From a virus (lineage: Duplodnaviria > Caudoviricetes), in the IMG/VR virus record IMGVR_UViG_3300027804_000071, positions 913-64,912 of that record: a DNA stretch of 64,000 bases. One strand, given 5' to 3'. Both the position numbers and the translations under genes were made by a program. The notes under the pieces were generated by a model, which saw only the letters and a list, made by a program, of their open reading frames with translations, was not told where the DNA came from and made no database searches. This document shows, piece by piece, positions 34,416 to 44,746 of this stretch. The number at the start of each line of letters is the position of its first letter. Within the stretch, counting starts at the first letter, position 1.

Positions 34416-34845
34416 TAAAAAACAACACAACTTCATGGCAGCAGTTGCCAAGAATCCTAAGTTTGCCAAAAAAGCTGGCGTTCCACAGTCCGTGGGCGAA
34501 GAGTTTTTAGAAGCAGATAAAGGTAAGAAGTTCCGCAAAGGCGGTACTACAAACCCTATGCGTGCAGGTATTAACAAACAGAAAACTCGTGCTGGCATGT
34601 TACAAATGCCCAATGCGAGCCTTACAAAATTTAGAGGTTTTAACGAAGGTGGAGCAACTATGAAACATTCAGACATTTCAAAAGACAAGCCAATGATGAA
34701 AGCAGAAGCTGAAAAGGCTGTTAAAAGCCATGAGAAGCGTATGCACAAAATGGCTAAAGGCGGCGTAACTCGTGCTGATGGCTGTGTATCTAAAGGTCAC
34801 ACCAAAGGTACTATGATTAAAATGGCTAAAGGCGGAGCTTGCTAA
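34402..34845 (+). CDS. Basic internal-virion-like protein
   Basis: MPSTSKKQHNFMAAVA; four [FM]xxGG motifs. Confidence 0.6.
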   Translation: MPSTSKKQHNFMAAVAKNPKFAKKAGVPQSVGEEFLEADKGKKFRKGGTTNPMRAGINKQKTRAGMLQMPNASLTKFRGFNEGGATMKHSDISKDKPMMKAEAEKAVKSHEKRMHKMAKGGVTRADGCVSKGHTKGTMIKMAKGGAC

Positions 34846-35138
34846 TGGCTAATATCCGCAAACCAACAGTTAAAGAGGTTGAGAAACTAGACAAGTCTCG
34901 TGAGCTAATGGTTCGCGGTATTGAAGGTGAAAAAGACTTCTTATCTAAAGTTTCAACAACCATGGCTAAATCTGCTCGTGATGATCAAAAGTCTGCCAAG
35001 AAAATGCGTGAGTCTGTACCAGAAAGCGCCCGTGATTACGAGGCATATCAAGAAGCTGGTTACAAAACAGGCGGCAAAGTGTCATCAGCATCAAAACGTG
35101 CTGATGGTTGTGCAATCCGTGGAAAGACAAGGATTTAA
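34845..35138 (+). CDS. Basic small protein
   Basis: C-terminal YKTGGKVSSASKRADGCAIRGKT. Confidence 0.6.
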   Translation: MANIRKPTVKEVEKLDKSRELMVRGIEGEKDFLSKVSTTMAKSARDDQKSAKKMRESVPESARDYEAYQEAGYKTGGKVSSASKRADGCAIRGKTRI

Positions 35139-35140
35139 TT

Positions 35141-35482
35141 ATGGGATTAAAAGACATACTTAAAAGTGGTGCTTTAGGGGCTGGTGCATCAGTAGTTGCT
35201 GACAATCCTAAATTACTTAAAGGCATGGGTCTTCTAGGAAATGTGGCTTACAACAAGATTGAAAATCGCGAAGATGATAAGCGCATAGCTGCAGAACAAG
35301 CCAAAGAAGCAGAAGCCATGAAGAAACAACAAATGGCTGCAAAGGCCAGAAGATCTAGCCCACAACAAGCTGGCACTGAAGGTGGATACAAAGGTTACGC
35401 TAAAGGCGGTAAAGTATCATCTGCCTCGAAACGTGCTGACGGCTGTGCTATCAAAGGCAAAACAAAAGGACGCATGGTATGA
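35141..35482 (+). CDS. Basic small protein
   Basis: C-terminal YAKGGKVSSASKRADGCAIKGKTKG. Confidence 0.6.
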   Translation: MGLKDILKSGALGAGASVVADNPKLLKGMGLLGNVAYNKIENREDDKRIAAEQAKEAEAMKKQQMAAKARRSSPQQAGTEGGYKGYAKGGKVSSASKRADGCAIKGKTKGRMV

Positions 35483-35727
35483 GAGCCTCTCGTGGTATGG
35501 GAGATATAAACCCAAGCAAAATGCCTAGCGCTAAGAAAAAAGCCAGGCGTGATGATACCGACTTTACGCAGTATGCGGAAGGTGGTAAGGTTGGTTTGTA
35601 TGCCAATATCGCCGCAAAGAAAAAACGTATAGCCGCGGGATCTGGTGAGAAAATGAGAAAGCCAGGATCCAAAGGCGCTCCAACTAAAGCAGACTTTATT
35701 AAGTCAGCAAGGACAGCTAAGAAATGA
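35479..35727 (+). CDS. Basic small protein
   Basis: MRASRGMG...YAEGGKVGLYANI...KMRKPGSKGAPT. Confidence 0.6.
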   Translation: MRASRGMGDINPSKMPSAKKKARRDDTDFTQYAEGGKVGLYANIAAKKKRIAAGSGEKMRKPGSKGAPTKADFIKSARTAKK

Positions 35728-36647
35728 CAACATCAAGCGCATCAACGTTTAACCTAGACCTTAACGATCTAATTGAAGAAGCGTTTGAACGTTGTGGCCT
35801 TGAGTTGCGTACTGGTTATGACTTTAAAACAGCCAGACGGTCTATGAACTTGCTTACTGTAGAGTGGGCAAATCGTGGTATTAACCTTTGGACCGTAGAA
35901 CAAGGCCAGATTACGATGAATACAGGACAGGCTACATATGCTCTTCCTGTTAACACCATTGACCTTTTAGACCAAGTAATTAGGCAAAACAATGCAGGAC
36001 CTAATCAGATTGATATTAATATCAGCCGTATTAGTGAGTCTACTTACTCTACTATTCCAAATAAACTAACCACTGGCCGTCCTATTCAAGTGTGGATTAA
36101 TCGCCAATCTGGTCAAACAAATAACTTAGCATCGTCAACTTTAAACGGTGCTATTGATGCAGATGACACAACAATTACTTTGGTATCAACGGTTGGATTA
36201 GCGGTTTCTGGGTTTATCAAGATTGATAACGAAACTATTGCCTACTCTAACGTTAGTGGTAATCAGCTTTTAAACTGCGCACGCGGTCAAGCCAATACTG
36301 TGGCAGCAGCTCATTTGACAGGTGCTTCTGTATTCGCTCAAAACCTGCCTTCAATCAACGTTTGGCCTACTCCTAATGCTGGCGGTGGGTACACATTTGT
36401 TTACTGGCGTATGCGCCGTATACAGGATGCTGGAACAGGTGTTACTGACCAAGATATTCCATTCAGATTCTTACCTTGCATGGTAGCTGGCTTGGCTTAT
36501 TACATTGCCATGAAGAAACCTGAGGTATCACCAGACCGCATTATGATGTTAAAGAGTGATTATGAGCAGCAATTCCAGTTAGCAGCAGACGAAGATAGGG
36601 ATAAAGCACCTCTTCGCTTTGTGCCAAGGAATATGTTCTATGCCTAA
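35724..36647 (+). CDS. Head-tail connector/neck-like protein
   Basis: DLIEEAFERCG...ARRSMNLL...LPCMVAGLAYYIAMK; inserted beta-rich domain. Confidence 0.6.
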   Translation: MTTSSASTFNLDLNDLIEEAFERCGLELRTGYDFKTARRSMNLLTVEWANRGINLWTVEQGQITMNTGQATYALPVNTIDLLDQVIRQNNAGPNQIDINISRISESTYSTIPNKLTTGRPIQVWINRQSGQTNNLASSTLNGAIDADDTTITLVSTVGLAVSGFIKIDNETIAYSNVSGNQLLNCARGQANTVAAAHLTGASVFAQNLPSINVWPTPNAGGGYTFVYWRMRRIQDAGTGVTDQDIPFRFLPCMVAGLAYYIAMKKPEVSPDRIMMLKSDYEQQFQLAADEDRDKAPLRFVPRNMFYA

Positions 36648-37068
36648 TCGTTTTGCTTCTGGTAAGTGGGCAATTGCGGAATGTGATCGTTGCTCACAAA
36701 GGTATAAATTGAAGGAGTTAAAAGCTCTAACAATTAAGACTAAAAAGACTAACATTTTGGTATGTCCAGAATGTTGGGAGCCAGACCAGCCTCAATTGTC
36801 ATTGGGTATGTATCCAGTTGATGATCCACAGGCTCTTAGAAATCCTAGACCAGATACTAGTTATCAGGTTTCTGGTACAAGTGGGTTGCAAGAGTTGCTA
36901 GCGAATAGCGTGACACAACAAGGTGTTGGCTATCCAGAAGCAGGTAGTAGGATTTTTCAGTGGGGTTGGAACCCTGTAGGTGGAGCAAGATTTTTTGATA
37001 CAGAATTAACACCAAATAACTTGATTGCAAGAGTACAAGTTGGTACAGTTACAGTTATAACTTCTTAG
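36640..37068 (+). CDS. Zn-binding conserved protein
   Basis: AECDRC...VCPECWEPDQPQL. Confidence 0.6.
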   Translation: MPNRFASGKWAIAECDRCSQRYKLKELKALTIKTKKTNILVCPECWEPDQPQLSLGMYPVDDPQALRNPRPDTSYQVSGTSGLQELLANSVTQQGVGYPEAGSRIFQWGWNPVGGARFFDTELTPNNLIARVQVGTVTVITS

Positions 37069-37077
37069 GAGTAAATT

Positions 37078-37269
37078 ATGTTTAGAAAAGCCGCAGATGG
37101 TATTACAAAACAAGGCAAAACCAAAGGTAAAAACTTAGGTGATTCAGGCCCAAGAATGGGTATTGAAAAAGGTCCAAAATCAACTGGCAGCAAGGGTGGT
37201 AAAACCAATGCTGACATGAAGAAAATGGGTCGTGGTCTAGCTAAGATTGCAGCCCAGAAAAAAGGCTAA
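37078..37269 (+). CDS. Small basic protein
   Basis: K/G-rich; RBS AGGAG. Confidence 0.55.
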   Translation: MFRKAADGITKQGKTKGKNLGDSGPRMGIEKGPKSTGSKGGKTNADMKKMGRGLAKIAAQKKG

Positions 37270-37271
37270 TC

Positions 37272-37538
37272 ATGGCTAAATATAGCAAAAAATTAATGGG
37301 TAAAGAGATTGGCGATGCTGAAGTTTATGCGGCTCCTCATACCATGAAAGGTAAGACAATGGATGAAAAAATGACTAAAGCAGCTGTGACCAAGCCAGGT
37401 AACGGTATGGACAAGATGAATATCTCTGTAGGCAATGTGGGCAAGCGTAACTATGCTCCTGAGAAAACAGATGGTATTAAGATTCGTGGTACTGGTGCAG
37501 CCACTAAAGGTCTTAAAGCTCGCGGACCAATGGCCTAA
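37272..37538 (+). CDS. Small basic protein
   Basis: GIKIRGTGAATKG..ARGPMA C-terminus. Confidence 0.55.
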   Translation: MAKYSKKLMGKEIGDAEVYAAPHTMKGKTMDEKMTKAAVTKPGNGMDKMNISVGNVGKRNYAPEKTDGIKIRGTGAATKGLKARGPMA

Positions 37539-38218
37539 TGAACTACACAGAGTTATCCGCTAGGATTCAAGCGTATTGCGAAAACGACTTCCCAGTTTCG
37601 GCTGGTAATTTGACATCTGCCGAACAGATAGCTACGTTTGTTGAGCAAGCTGAAGAACGTATTTATAACAGTGTCCAGATTCCTGCGTTACGTAAGAACG
37701 TAACTGGCGTTTGCACCATTGGTAATACATACTTAGCTTGTCCTACCGACTTTCTCGCAGTGTATTCAATGGCTGTGATAGCCGCTAATGGCGATTATGA
37801 GTACCTCCTTAATAAGGATGTGAACTTTATTCGCCAGGCTTATCCAAACCCAACAGATACAGGTACGCCAAAATACTACGCTTTGTTTGGCCCCCGTTCT
37901 GCAAACCCAACAGAATTAGCCTTTATTCTAGGCCCAACGCCAAGCGCTAATTTAAATGTTGAGCTTCATTACTTCTTCTACCCACAATCTATTGTTACCG
38001 CTGGAACTAGCTGGCTTGGTGATAATTATGATCCAGTATTACTTTACGGCGCGCTAAGAGAAGCGTATATTTACATGCGTGGCGAAGCTGATATGATTGC
38101 TAACATTGAAGCAAAGTATAATGAAGCATTAGGGCAGTTAAAGCGTCTTGGCGATGGCTTAGAAAGAAACGATGCTTATCGCGCTGGACAAACAAGTTTG
38201 CAGTACAACAAGTTATAA
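37538..38218 (+). CDS. Head-tail adaptor (tail tubular protein A-like)
   Basis: MNYTEL..IQAY...AEERI...GTPKYYA...LLYGALREA pattern. Confidence 0.65.
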   Translation: MNYTELSARIQAYCENDFPVSAGNLTSAEQIATFVEQAEERIYNSVQIPALRKNVTGVCTIGNTYLACPTDFLAVYSMAVIAANGDYEYLLNKDVNFIRQAYPNPTDTGTPKYYALFGPRSANPTELAFILGPTPSANLNVELHYFFYPQSIVTAGTSWLGDNYDPVLLYGALREAYIYMRGEADMIANIEAKYNEALGQLKRLGDGLERNDAYRAGQTSLQYNKL

Positions 38219-38231
38219 ACAGGAGTAAAAA

Positions 38232-38666
38232 ATGGCCTTTACAGGTAACTACATGCCAACATCTTTCAAGATTCAACTCTTGAATGGCTTGCAAAACTTT
38301 TCAGCTAACACGTTTAAGATTGCTCTGTATACAAACTCAGCAACTTTAGATGCCAATACAACTGCGTACACAACCTCTGGTGAAGTAGCCGCTACTGGTA
38401 ACTACAGCACAGGTGGTAACACTTTGTCTGTTACTACAACGCCAACCAACGGTGGATCAGGTACAACAGCTTACATTGACTTTGCAGACACAACTTGGTC
38501 TTCAGCAACAATCACAGCTCGTGGCGCTTTGATTTACAACAACAGCCAAAGTAATTCTGCGGTTGCTGTGTTGGACTTTGGTAGCGACAAGACATCTACT
38601 GACGGTGATTTTACTGTTCAGTTCCCAGCTGCTACGAACACAACAGCTATCATTCGCATCGCTTAA
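38232..38666 (+). CDS. Virion structural protein (tail-associated)
   Basis: FKIALYT..ATL...TTAY...ARGALIYN...LDFGSDKTST. Confidence 0.65.
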   Translation: MAFTGNYMPTSFKIQLLNGLQNFSANTFKIALYTNSATLDANTTAYTTSGEVAATGNYSTGGNTLSVTTTPTNGGSGTTAYIDFADTTWSSATITARGALIYNNSQSNSAVAVLDFGSDKTSTDGDFTVQFPAATNTTAIIRIA

Positions 38667-38678
38667 TAGGAGCCTGAC

Positions 38679-41321
38679 ATGGCTCTTGTACTAAAAGACC
38701 GCGTTAAAGAGGTTACAAGTGTAACTAGCACAGGTACAGCCACGCTATTAGGTGCGGTTGTTGGATTTCAATCATTTAACACTGCCATTCCTACGGGATC
38801 AACGGTGTATTACTGTATTGCTGGCCAAGGTACATCCCAATGGGAAGTTGGTATAGGTACGTTTACAGCGCCTGACCAACTAAGTCGAGATACTGTTTAC
38901 TCATCTTCTTCTGCTGGCGCGCTAGTTAACTTTAGTGCTGGTTCAAAAGATGTGTTTGTTACTTACCCATCTGAACGTGCTGTCTTTGAAGAAGCTGATG
39001 GCACCACCGTTTTACGTCAAGGCCCAATTACAGTTGTTGGCGCTAATGCAAGCTCTTATACAAGCTTTGGCGCTTCTTTAGGTGAGTTTTACGCTAATGA
39101 ACCTAGTTTTGCTCAGTTATATGTACAAAACTTAAATGATGCCTCTAACGCTTCTACAGATATTGTTGCTTATAACGATCTTGGTGACGGTACAAATAAC
39201 TTTATTGACATGGGTATTTGTAGCTCAAACTATACAGAAGCAGCGTTTCCAATTTTTTCTCCAAATTCAGGTTATCTATATAACGATGGCGGCGTATTAC
39301 TTCTTGGTTCAGCCACAAATAACGTAACAGTTTTCGCTGGTGGTGTAGATACAAACAACGCTGTAGTAACATTTAACACAGATTTAAGTACTTCTTTTAA
39401 AGGTAACGTTGCAATACCTGGCACGTTTACATCTAATGGCGCTGCTACTTTTGGTTCAACCGTTCTTTTAAATGCAGATCCTACAGCTGGATTACAAGCA
39501 GCTACAAAACAATACGTTGATAGTGCTGTTTCTACTGGCTTTATTGTTCACGACTCAGCTGTTTATGCTACGGCCGCTGCCCTACCTAATTCTCCAACAT
39601 ACAACAACGGTACAAGTGGAGTTGGGGCAACACTTACAGCAAACGCTAACGCAGCATTGGTTATAGACGGTGTAACTCTTGTATCGCCAACAGATAACGG
39701 CATACGTGTTCTTATAAAAAATCAAGTTAGCTCACAATACAACGGTATATATGTTGTAACTGAAGCTGGTAGCGGTAGTGCGCCATGGGTTTTAACACGC
39801 GCAACAGATTTTAATACTTATGCCCCTGGTAATATATCTACAAACGCCTACGTTTACGTAACCGCGGGTAGCACAAATATTGGTTCTTCTTGGATTTTTT
39901 CACAAGTAGGAACTGTAACGGTAGGTACAACCCCGCTTCATTTTGAAATCTTTTCTCAGCCAGCCGCTTATACAGGCACAAGCCCAATCAACGTTACGGG
40001 TCAGGTTATATCCTTAACTACAGTACCAGCAACATTAGGTGGTACAGGCGCTAATACAGTTGCTACTGGTGATTTGCTATACGGTTCAGCCACTAATACA
40101 TGGTCTAAGTTACCAATCGGTACTGGGTATAAATCATTAAGGGTTAATGCCGCTGGTACTCAAGTTGAGTGGAACGCTGTTTCTCTTGACCAATCCGCAG
40201 CTATTTCAGGTACATTAGGTCCTACAAATGGTGGTACAGGTATTTCTAGTTACACCCAAGGTGAAATGCTTTATGCAAACACTTCTACACAACTAGATAA
40301 AGTAACTCCAAATACCACAACAACTAAGAAGTTTTTAGGTCAAACTGGTACAGGCACAGCTGGATTAGCACCGACTTGGGAACAGCCAGCAGCTTCTGAC
40401 ATTACAGGTTTAGCTCCTTCAGCAACAACAGATACAGCTAATGCTTCAAACATTACATCTGGTACGCTTCCAACAGGTCGTTTAACTGGTTCTTATACAG
40501 GCATTACGGGTGTAGGTACGATTGCTACGGGTGAATGGGCAGCTAATGCAATTGCTGTAGCTTATGGCGGTACTGGAGCAACTAACACAACCAATGCACG
40601 TACTAACTTAGGTTTAACAATTGGTACAGACGTTCAAGCATATAGTCTTCAGTTGACTTCTGTGGCGGGTTTATCTACAAATGGTTTGCTAAACCGCAGT
40701 GCGGCTAATACAGTAACCATTGCTTCAGCAGCTGATATCGTTAGTCAAATTGGATCAACAGCCGTTACTAATGCAACAAATGCTACTAACGCTACTACAG
40801 CTACTACAGCTACTACGGCTACAACAGCTAATGCTTTAAATACAGCAAATAGCTATACAGTTAATGGTTTTACAGTAAGTAGTACTGCACCTCGTTTGTT
40901 TTTTGCAGATACTGATGGATATACTTTTTCGCTTTATAACAACAGTAATACTTTTTATCTTTTAAACAGCGGAGGAAGTAGCTTAATTTATTGCGATACA
41001 TCAGGAAACTTTACAGCTGTAGGTAACGTCACAGCTTATTCCGATGAGCGCGTAAAAACAAACTGGCGTGACTTACAACCAGACTTCATTGAGCAACTTG
41101 CTAAAGTAAAACATGGTATTTATGACCGCACAGACCAAGAATCCACGCAAATTGGTGTTGGAGCGCAGTCTTTACGCCCTGTAATGGAACATGCAGTTAT
41201 GGAAGATGCTGAAGGTAAGCTATCCGTTGCATACGGTAACGCCGCGCTAGTAGCTGCTATTGAACTGGCAAAACAAGTTGTTGAGCTTAAGAAAGAAATT
41301 GAACTGTTAAAGGCTAGATAA
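38679..41321 (+). CDS. Tail fibre with C-terminal S74-type intramolecular chaperone
   Basis: LVLKDRVKE N-terminus, GGTG repeats, TAYSDERVKTNW..., terminal coiled coil. Confidence 0.85.
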   Translation: MALVLKDRVKEVTSVTSTGTATLLGAVVGFQSFNTAIPTGSTVYYCIAGQGTSQWEVGIGTFTAPDQLSRDTVYSSSSAGALVNFSAGSKDVFVTYPSERAVFEEADGTTVLRQGPITVVGANASSYTSFGASLGEFYANEPSFAQLYVQNLNDASNASTDIVAYNDLGDGTNNFIDMGICSSNYTEAAFPIFSPNSGYLYNDGGVLLLGSATNNVTVFAGGVDTNNAVVTFNTDLSTSFKGNVAIPGTFTSNGAATFGSTVLLNADPTAGLQAATKQYVDSAVSTGFIVHDSAVYATAAALPNSPTYNNGTSGVGATLTANANAALVIDGVTLVSPTDNGIRVLIKNQVSSQYNGIYVVTEAGSGSAPWVLTRATDFNTYAPGNISTNAYVYVTAGSTNIGSSWIFSQVGTVTVGTTPLHFEIFSQPAAYTGTSPINVTGQVISLTTVPATLGGTGANTVATGDLLYGSATNTWSKLPIGTGYKSLRVNAAGTQVEWNAVSLDQSAAISGTLGPTNGGTGISSYTQGEMLYANTSTQLDKVTPNTTTTKKFLGQTGTGTAGLAPTWEQPAASDITGLAPSATTDTANASNITSGTLPTGRLTGSYTGITGVGTIATGEWAANAIAVAYGGTGATNTTNARTNLGLTIGTDVQAYSLQLTSVAGLSTNGLLNRSAANTVTIASAADIVSQIGSTAVTNATNATNATTATTATTATTANALNTANSYTVNGFTVSSTAPRLFFADTDGYTFSLYNNSNTFYLLNSGGSSLIYCDTSGNFTAVGNVTAYSDERVKTNWRDLQPDFIEQLAKVKHGIYDRTDQESTQIGVGAQSLRPVMEHAVMEDAEGKLSVAYGNAALVAAIELAKQVVELKKEIELLKAR

Positions 41322-42217
41322 TGGCATTACCAGCATCAGGTCCTCTTTCAATGTCAGACATTAATACTGAGTTTGGTAGAGGTAACAACTTAAATTCATA
41401 CCGAGGGACTACTTACTACACATCAAGTGGTGGTCCTTTTACGTTCTCTTCAGGCACAATTAACTTTAGCGACTTTTACGGCACCCAGGTTAATTCGCCA
41501 TTATTTACATTTACTATTTCATCTAATCAAGATAGAGCAAACTTACGCTCATTAGCAGTTGCCGCTGGTTGGAATGGATCATCTGCTGTGACCGCTACAT
41601 TAGCAGGTGGCGTTTGGATTTACTCAGCTACTACAGCAACTCCCGCGTTAACTATTGATGGTTCATGGCCAGGCGGTGTTACGTTTGTTAACAACGGTAA
41701 TGTTATTGGCATGGGCGGTAACGGGGGCAATGCTGGCTCCCCTGCTGCTGCGGGTGGCGGTGGTGGCACTGGCTTGGCTGTTAGCACTTCTGTAACCATT
41801 CAAAATAATTCAAATATTGGTGGTGGTGGCGGCGGTGGTGGTGGCGGTGGCTCTGGCACTGGAAATGCGTATGCAGCCCTTGGTGCTGGTGGCGGTGGCG
41901 GTGGCCAAACGGGTCTAGCAAATTCAGCAGGTGGCTCTCCTACCTTAAGTGCAGGGGCGGGCGGCTCTGGAACATCTGGTGGCGGTGGCGGTGGCGGGGC
42001 GGGTACTGTTCAAGATGCAACTCACTACGGTGGTAATGGTGGCAGCGGGGCTTCTTGGGGCGCTACAGGTAACGCTGGTGGCACAGGTACTCTTTACTAT
42101 GGCGCACCAATTGTTCCATCAAACGGTGGAGTTGGCGGTGCGGGTGGTTTAGCTGTAAGCGGAAACGGTTTTATTACATGGTCAGCAACAGGTAACAGGT
42201 ATGGAGGACTAGGATGA
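41321..42217 (+). CDS. Glycine-rich tail fibre/receptor-binding protein
   Basis: MALPASGPLSMSDINTEFG N-terminus; poly-Gly runs. Confidence 0.7.
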   Translation: MALPASGPLSMSDINTEFGRGNNLNSYRGTTYYTSSGGPFTFSSGTINFSDFYGTQVNSPLFTFTISSNQDRANLRSLAVAAGWNGSSAVTATLAGGVWIYSATTATPALTIDGSWPGGVTFVNNGNVIGMGGNGGNAGSPAAAGGGGGTGLAVSTSVTIQNNSNIGGGGGGGGGGGSGTGNAYAALGAGGGGGGQTGLANSAGGSPTLSAGAGGSGTSGGGGGGGAGTVQDATHYGGNGGSGASWGATGNAGGTGTLYYGAPIVPSNGGVGGAGGLAVSGNGFITWSATGNRYGGLG

Positions 42218-42474
42218 TAGAAGAAAAACACATTGTTTTTAATTGTTTAATAGGGCAATATGAGTATTTAGCTTCAAAAGATGATGTCGCAAGCCGTATA
42301 TTGAAAAACGCGCTTGAACTTTATTATTCTCAAACTCGCGGGGTTCATTACCGTTGTGTTTATATTGATGAGCATGGGTACGAATATGAAAGTAAGGATG
42401 GAGGGGATAACGGCACAGAAATTCCCCCTGAACTACTAGCGGAAGCGTTAAATAAAATAAATGAAAACCTATAA
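42214..42474 (+). CDS. Hypothetical protein
   Basis: Coupled ORF. Confidence 0.5.
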   Translation: MIEEKHIVFNCLIGQYEYLASKDDVASRILKNALELYYSQTRGVHYRCVYIDEHGYEYESKDGGDNGTEIPPELLAEALNKINENL

Positions 42475-43018
42475 ACTACCTAAGTTACATATACCAACAA
42501 CGTGGGAAGATGTAAGTGCTTTTTGTGATTGGTATATAGAAAATAATATGCCTCTTAGATTTCCAAAGATACCAGAGGTTTTTTTATCAGATGATGCTAC
42601 AGCTGTTTGTTTGTTTAGGCACGGGCAGTTTCAAGTAGAATTATATTTAATTCATCCAAAACCACTTGTTCAGTTTCATGAACACCCTGGAGTAGATGTT
42701 ATTAAAGTTAGATTGGCAGAGGAAAGTGATAATAGTTATGTTGCATACGTCTCCCCTGTATTAAGAAAAGGCCAGTCTCACGGGGCGGGGGTCCGATTTG
42801 AAAACGAAGAAACGGGCTTCCCGTTACTTGCAATACAGCACTGGAAATCTGGAATACCAACGACTGTTGCAGCAGCTTGGAAAGGTAAAACAGTGGGTCC
42901 TCTGCAAGAAAAACTAATTAAACGCATCTACCCAGAAGCTCTTGTCATAGATGGATATGCTGACGTTACTAAAACAATGGGTTACTTAGAGGAGCTAAAA
43001 AATGTGGCAAACGGTTGA
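42461..43018 (+). CDS. Cupin-like protein
   Basis: LFRHGQFQVELY..HEHPGVD...HGAG; paralog of the next gene. Confidence 0.55.
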   Translation: MKTYKLPKLHIPTTWEDVSAFCDWYIENNMPLRFPKIPEVFLSDDATAVCLFRHGQFQVELYLIHPKPLVQFHEHPGVDVIKVRLAEESDNSYVAYVSPVLRKGQSHGAGVRFENEETGFPLLAIQHWKSGIPTTVAAAWKGKTVGPLQEKLIKRIYPEALVIDGYADVTKTMGYLEELKNVANG

Positions 43019-43463
43019 GGAATTTGCGGCGTGGTACAAAGCCAGTGGTATGCCAATGCGCCCTCCAAAAGAAGACCCAATTTATGTAACTGAAATTAGT
43101 TATAGCTACGTGCTTTACCGAGAAGGCCAGTATCAGGCCGAGCTTTATTTGGTAAGACCACACACAGGATCCCCAGACCATAGCCATCCTGGAGTTAACA
43201 ACATCATAATGCTATTAGGTGGCGATATTGGGACAAAACAAAATAACGTAATAACTTTAGTACCCCCCAGTGTTGATATATTTGGACTGCTTGGACCAAC
43301 CATTAATAGTGGTGACACACATGGACTTCATGTTGGTGAAAAAGGTGGGGCTTTTTTAAGTCTTGAAAAGTGGGACGATGGCATTAAACCAACCAGCGTG
43401 ACTATTCGCTGGGAAGGCGAAACATGTGGTGATTTACATACGGCATTGGTAGATGTTTCATGA
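43002..43463 (+). CDS. Cupin-like protein
   Basis: LYREGQYQAELY..HSHPGVN...THG..GGAFLSLEKW. Confidence 0.55.
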   Translation: MWQTVEEFAAWYKASGMPMRPPKEDPIYVTEISYSYVLYREGQYQAELYLVRPHTGSPDHSHPGVNNIIMLLGGDIGTKQNNVITLVPPSVDIFGLLGPTINSGDTHGLHVGEKGGAFLSLEKWDDGIKPTSVTIRWEGETCGDLHTALVDVS

Positions 43464-44086
43464 TTAAAGAAATATTCCCAATCAAGATCTACACAGCGCA
43501 GTTTCCAGATTTTGAATTAATTCAAGCTGACCTTGAAGCAGAAATTCGTGCGTATTTTGACGTTGATAGAGAGGCTTTTAGCAAACACCGTTTATTTAAT
43601 GGGTCTTATAGCTTAGAGGGAACTTTGCCACATGAGGTAAGAGACCTACACAAACGCTTAAAAAATCAAAAAATTGTCGAGTTTATTGAACACCATATTA
43701 ACGAATATTGGAAAGAGCTTGGGTTTTATAGTAGGTCACGACCAACCATAGAACACATGTGGGCTAATTTAACTCCAAAAGGTGGGAACATTATTCACCA
43801 CAATCACAATCCTTTTGAAATTGCAGGTTCTTTTTACGTAAACGCAACGCCTGAAATGGGGTGTATTGCTATGGTTGACCCTCTTGAGGTTATTAGAGGA
43901 AGGCTTCCCATATATAACTCACCTGAATCGAAACAAGGCCGTTACTTTTTTGACCACGTAGAGCCTCCATCCCCTGGTAAACTTGTGTTATTTCCTGGCT
44001 GGCTGTACCATAAAACTCAGCCAAACCCTAGCGATAAAGAACGCATTGTTATGGGTATGAACATACATAATTCTTTAAGAGGGTAG
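43460..44086 (+). CDS. Putative 2OG-Fe(II) oxygenase (TIGR02466-like)
   Basis: MWAN...HHNH..IAGSFYV...LVLFPGWLYHKTQPN...RIVMGMN. Confidence 0.8.
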   Translation: MIKEIFPIKIYTAQFPDFELIQADLEAEIRAYFDVDREAFSKHRLFNGSYSLEGTLPHEVRDLHKRLKNQKIVEFIEHHINEYWKELGFYSRSRPTIEHMWANLTPKGGNIIHHNHNPFEIAGSFYVNATPEMGCIAMVDPLEVIRGRLPIYNSPESKQGRYFFDHVEPPSPGKLVLFPGWLYHKTQPNPSDKERIVMGMNIHNSLRG

Positions 44087-44088
44087 TC

Positions 44089-44745
44089 ATGCCACGCATA
44101 GTTGAAACCGAAGTTATGACTGACCAAGCATCCGTTGATGCGTACACTTTCATGACAAAACAGCCCCCAAATTTAGTAAATGTTTTTTTAATACCTACAT
44201 TACTGAATAATCAATCTGTTTTAAAAATAGCTGATATAGGGTGTGGCCCATGTGGGTATCACCAGGAGCTTTATAGTGTTTACCCTAATGCTACTATTGA
44301 TGCTTATGAGGCATCAGCGCCTATGCTGGTTGAGGCTGCGAATCTTATTAATCCACAAAAAACAACCCTTGTTGAGGCGTTTATTCCAGACTACCCATTG
44401 CCACAGGCGCAATATGATATTGTGTTAGCCGCTATATTTTTGCACCAACTCCCAGACGCAGCGGTTGCATGGGATGCTATTAAACAGTTAGGAAAACCAG
44501 GCGCGTCATTTATTGTATTTGACCTAATACGCTTGGAAGATGAAAAAACCTGTTGGGATATCGTAAACGGATTTACCGCAAATGCTCCTCAAGCATTTAA
44601 ACAAGATTTTGTTAATTCATTAAGGGCTTCTTTTATTGTTTCAGAAATAGAACAGCAATTAACAGCAGCTGGCTTAACAGCTACAATTACAACACAAGAA
44701 GTTTTTTCAAATTGCAGTGTTATGACTATACGAGGAACACTATAG
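44089..44745 (+). CDS. Class I SAM-dependent methyltransferase
   Basis: IADIGCGPC; YDIVLAAIFLHQLPD...PG. Confidence 0.85.
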   Translation: MPRIVETEVMTDQASVDAYTFMTKQPPNLVNVFLIPTLLNNQSVLKIADIGCGPCGYHQELYSVYPNATIDAYEASAPMLVEAANLINPQKTTLVEAFIPDYPLPQAQYDIVLAAIFLHQLPDAAVAWDAIKQLGKPGASFIVFDLIRLEDEKTCWDIVNGFTANAPQAFKQDFVNSLRASFIVSEIEQQLTAAGLTATITTQEVFSNCSVMTIRGTL

Positions 44746-44746
44746 T

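Noticed and set aside
40791-40830. GCTACTACA tandem repeat in the tail fibre
   Set aside because: Ordinary in-frame ATT linker before the distal domain; no frameshift or phase-variation signature.
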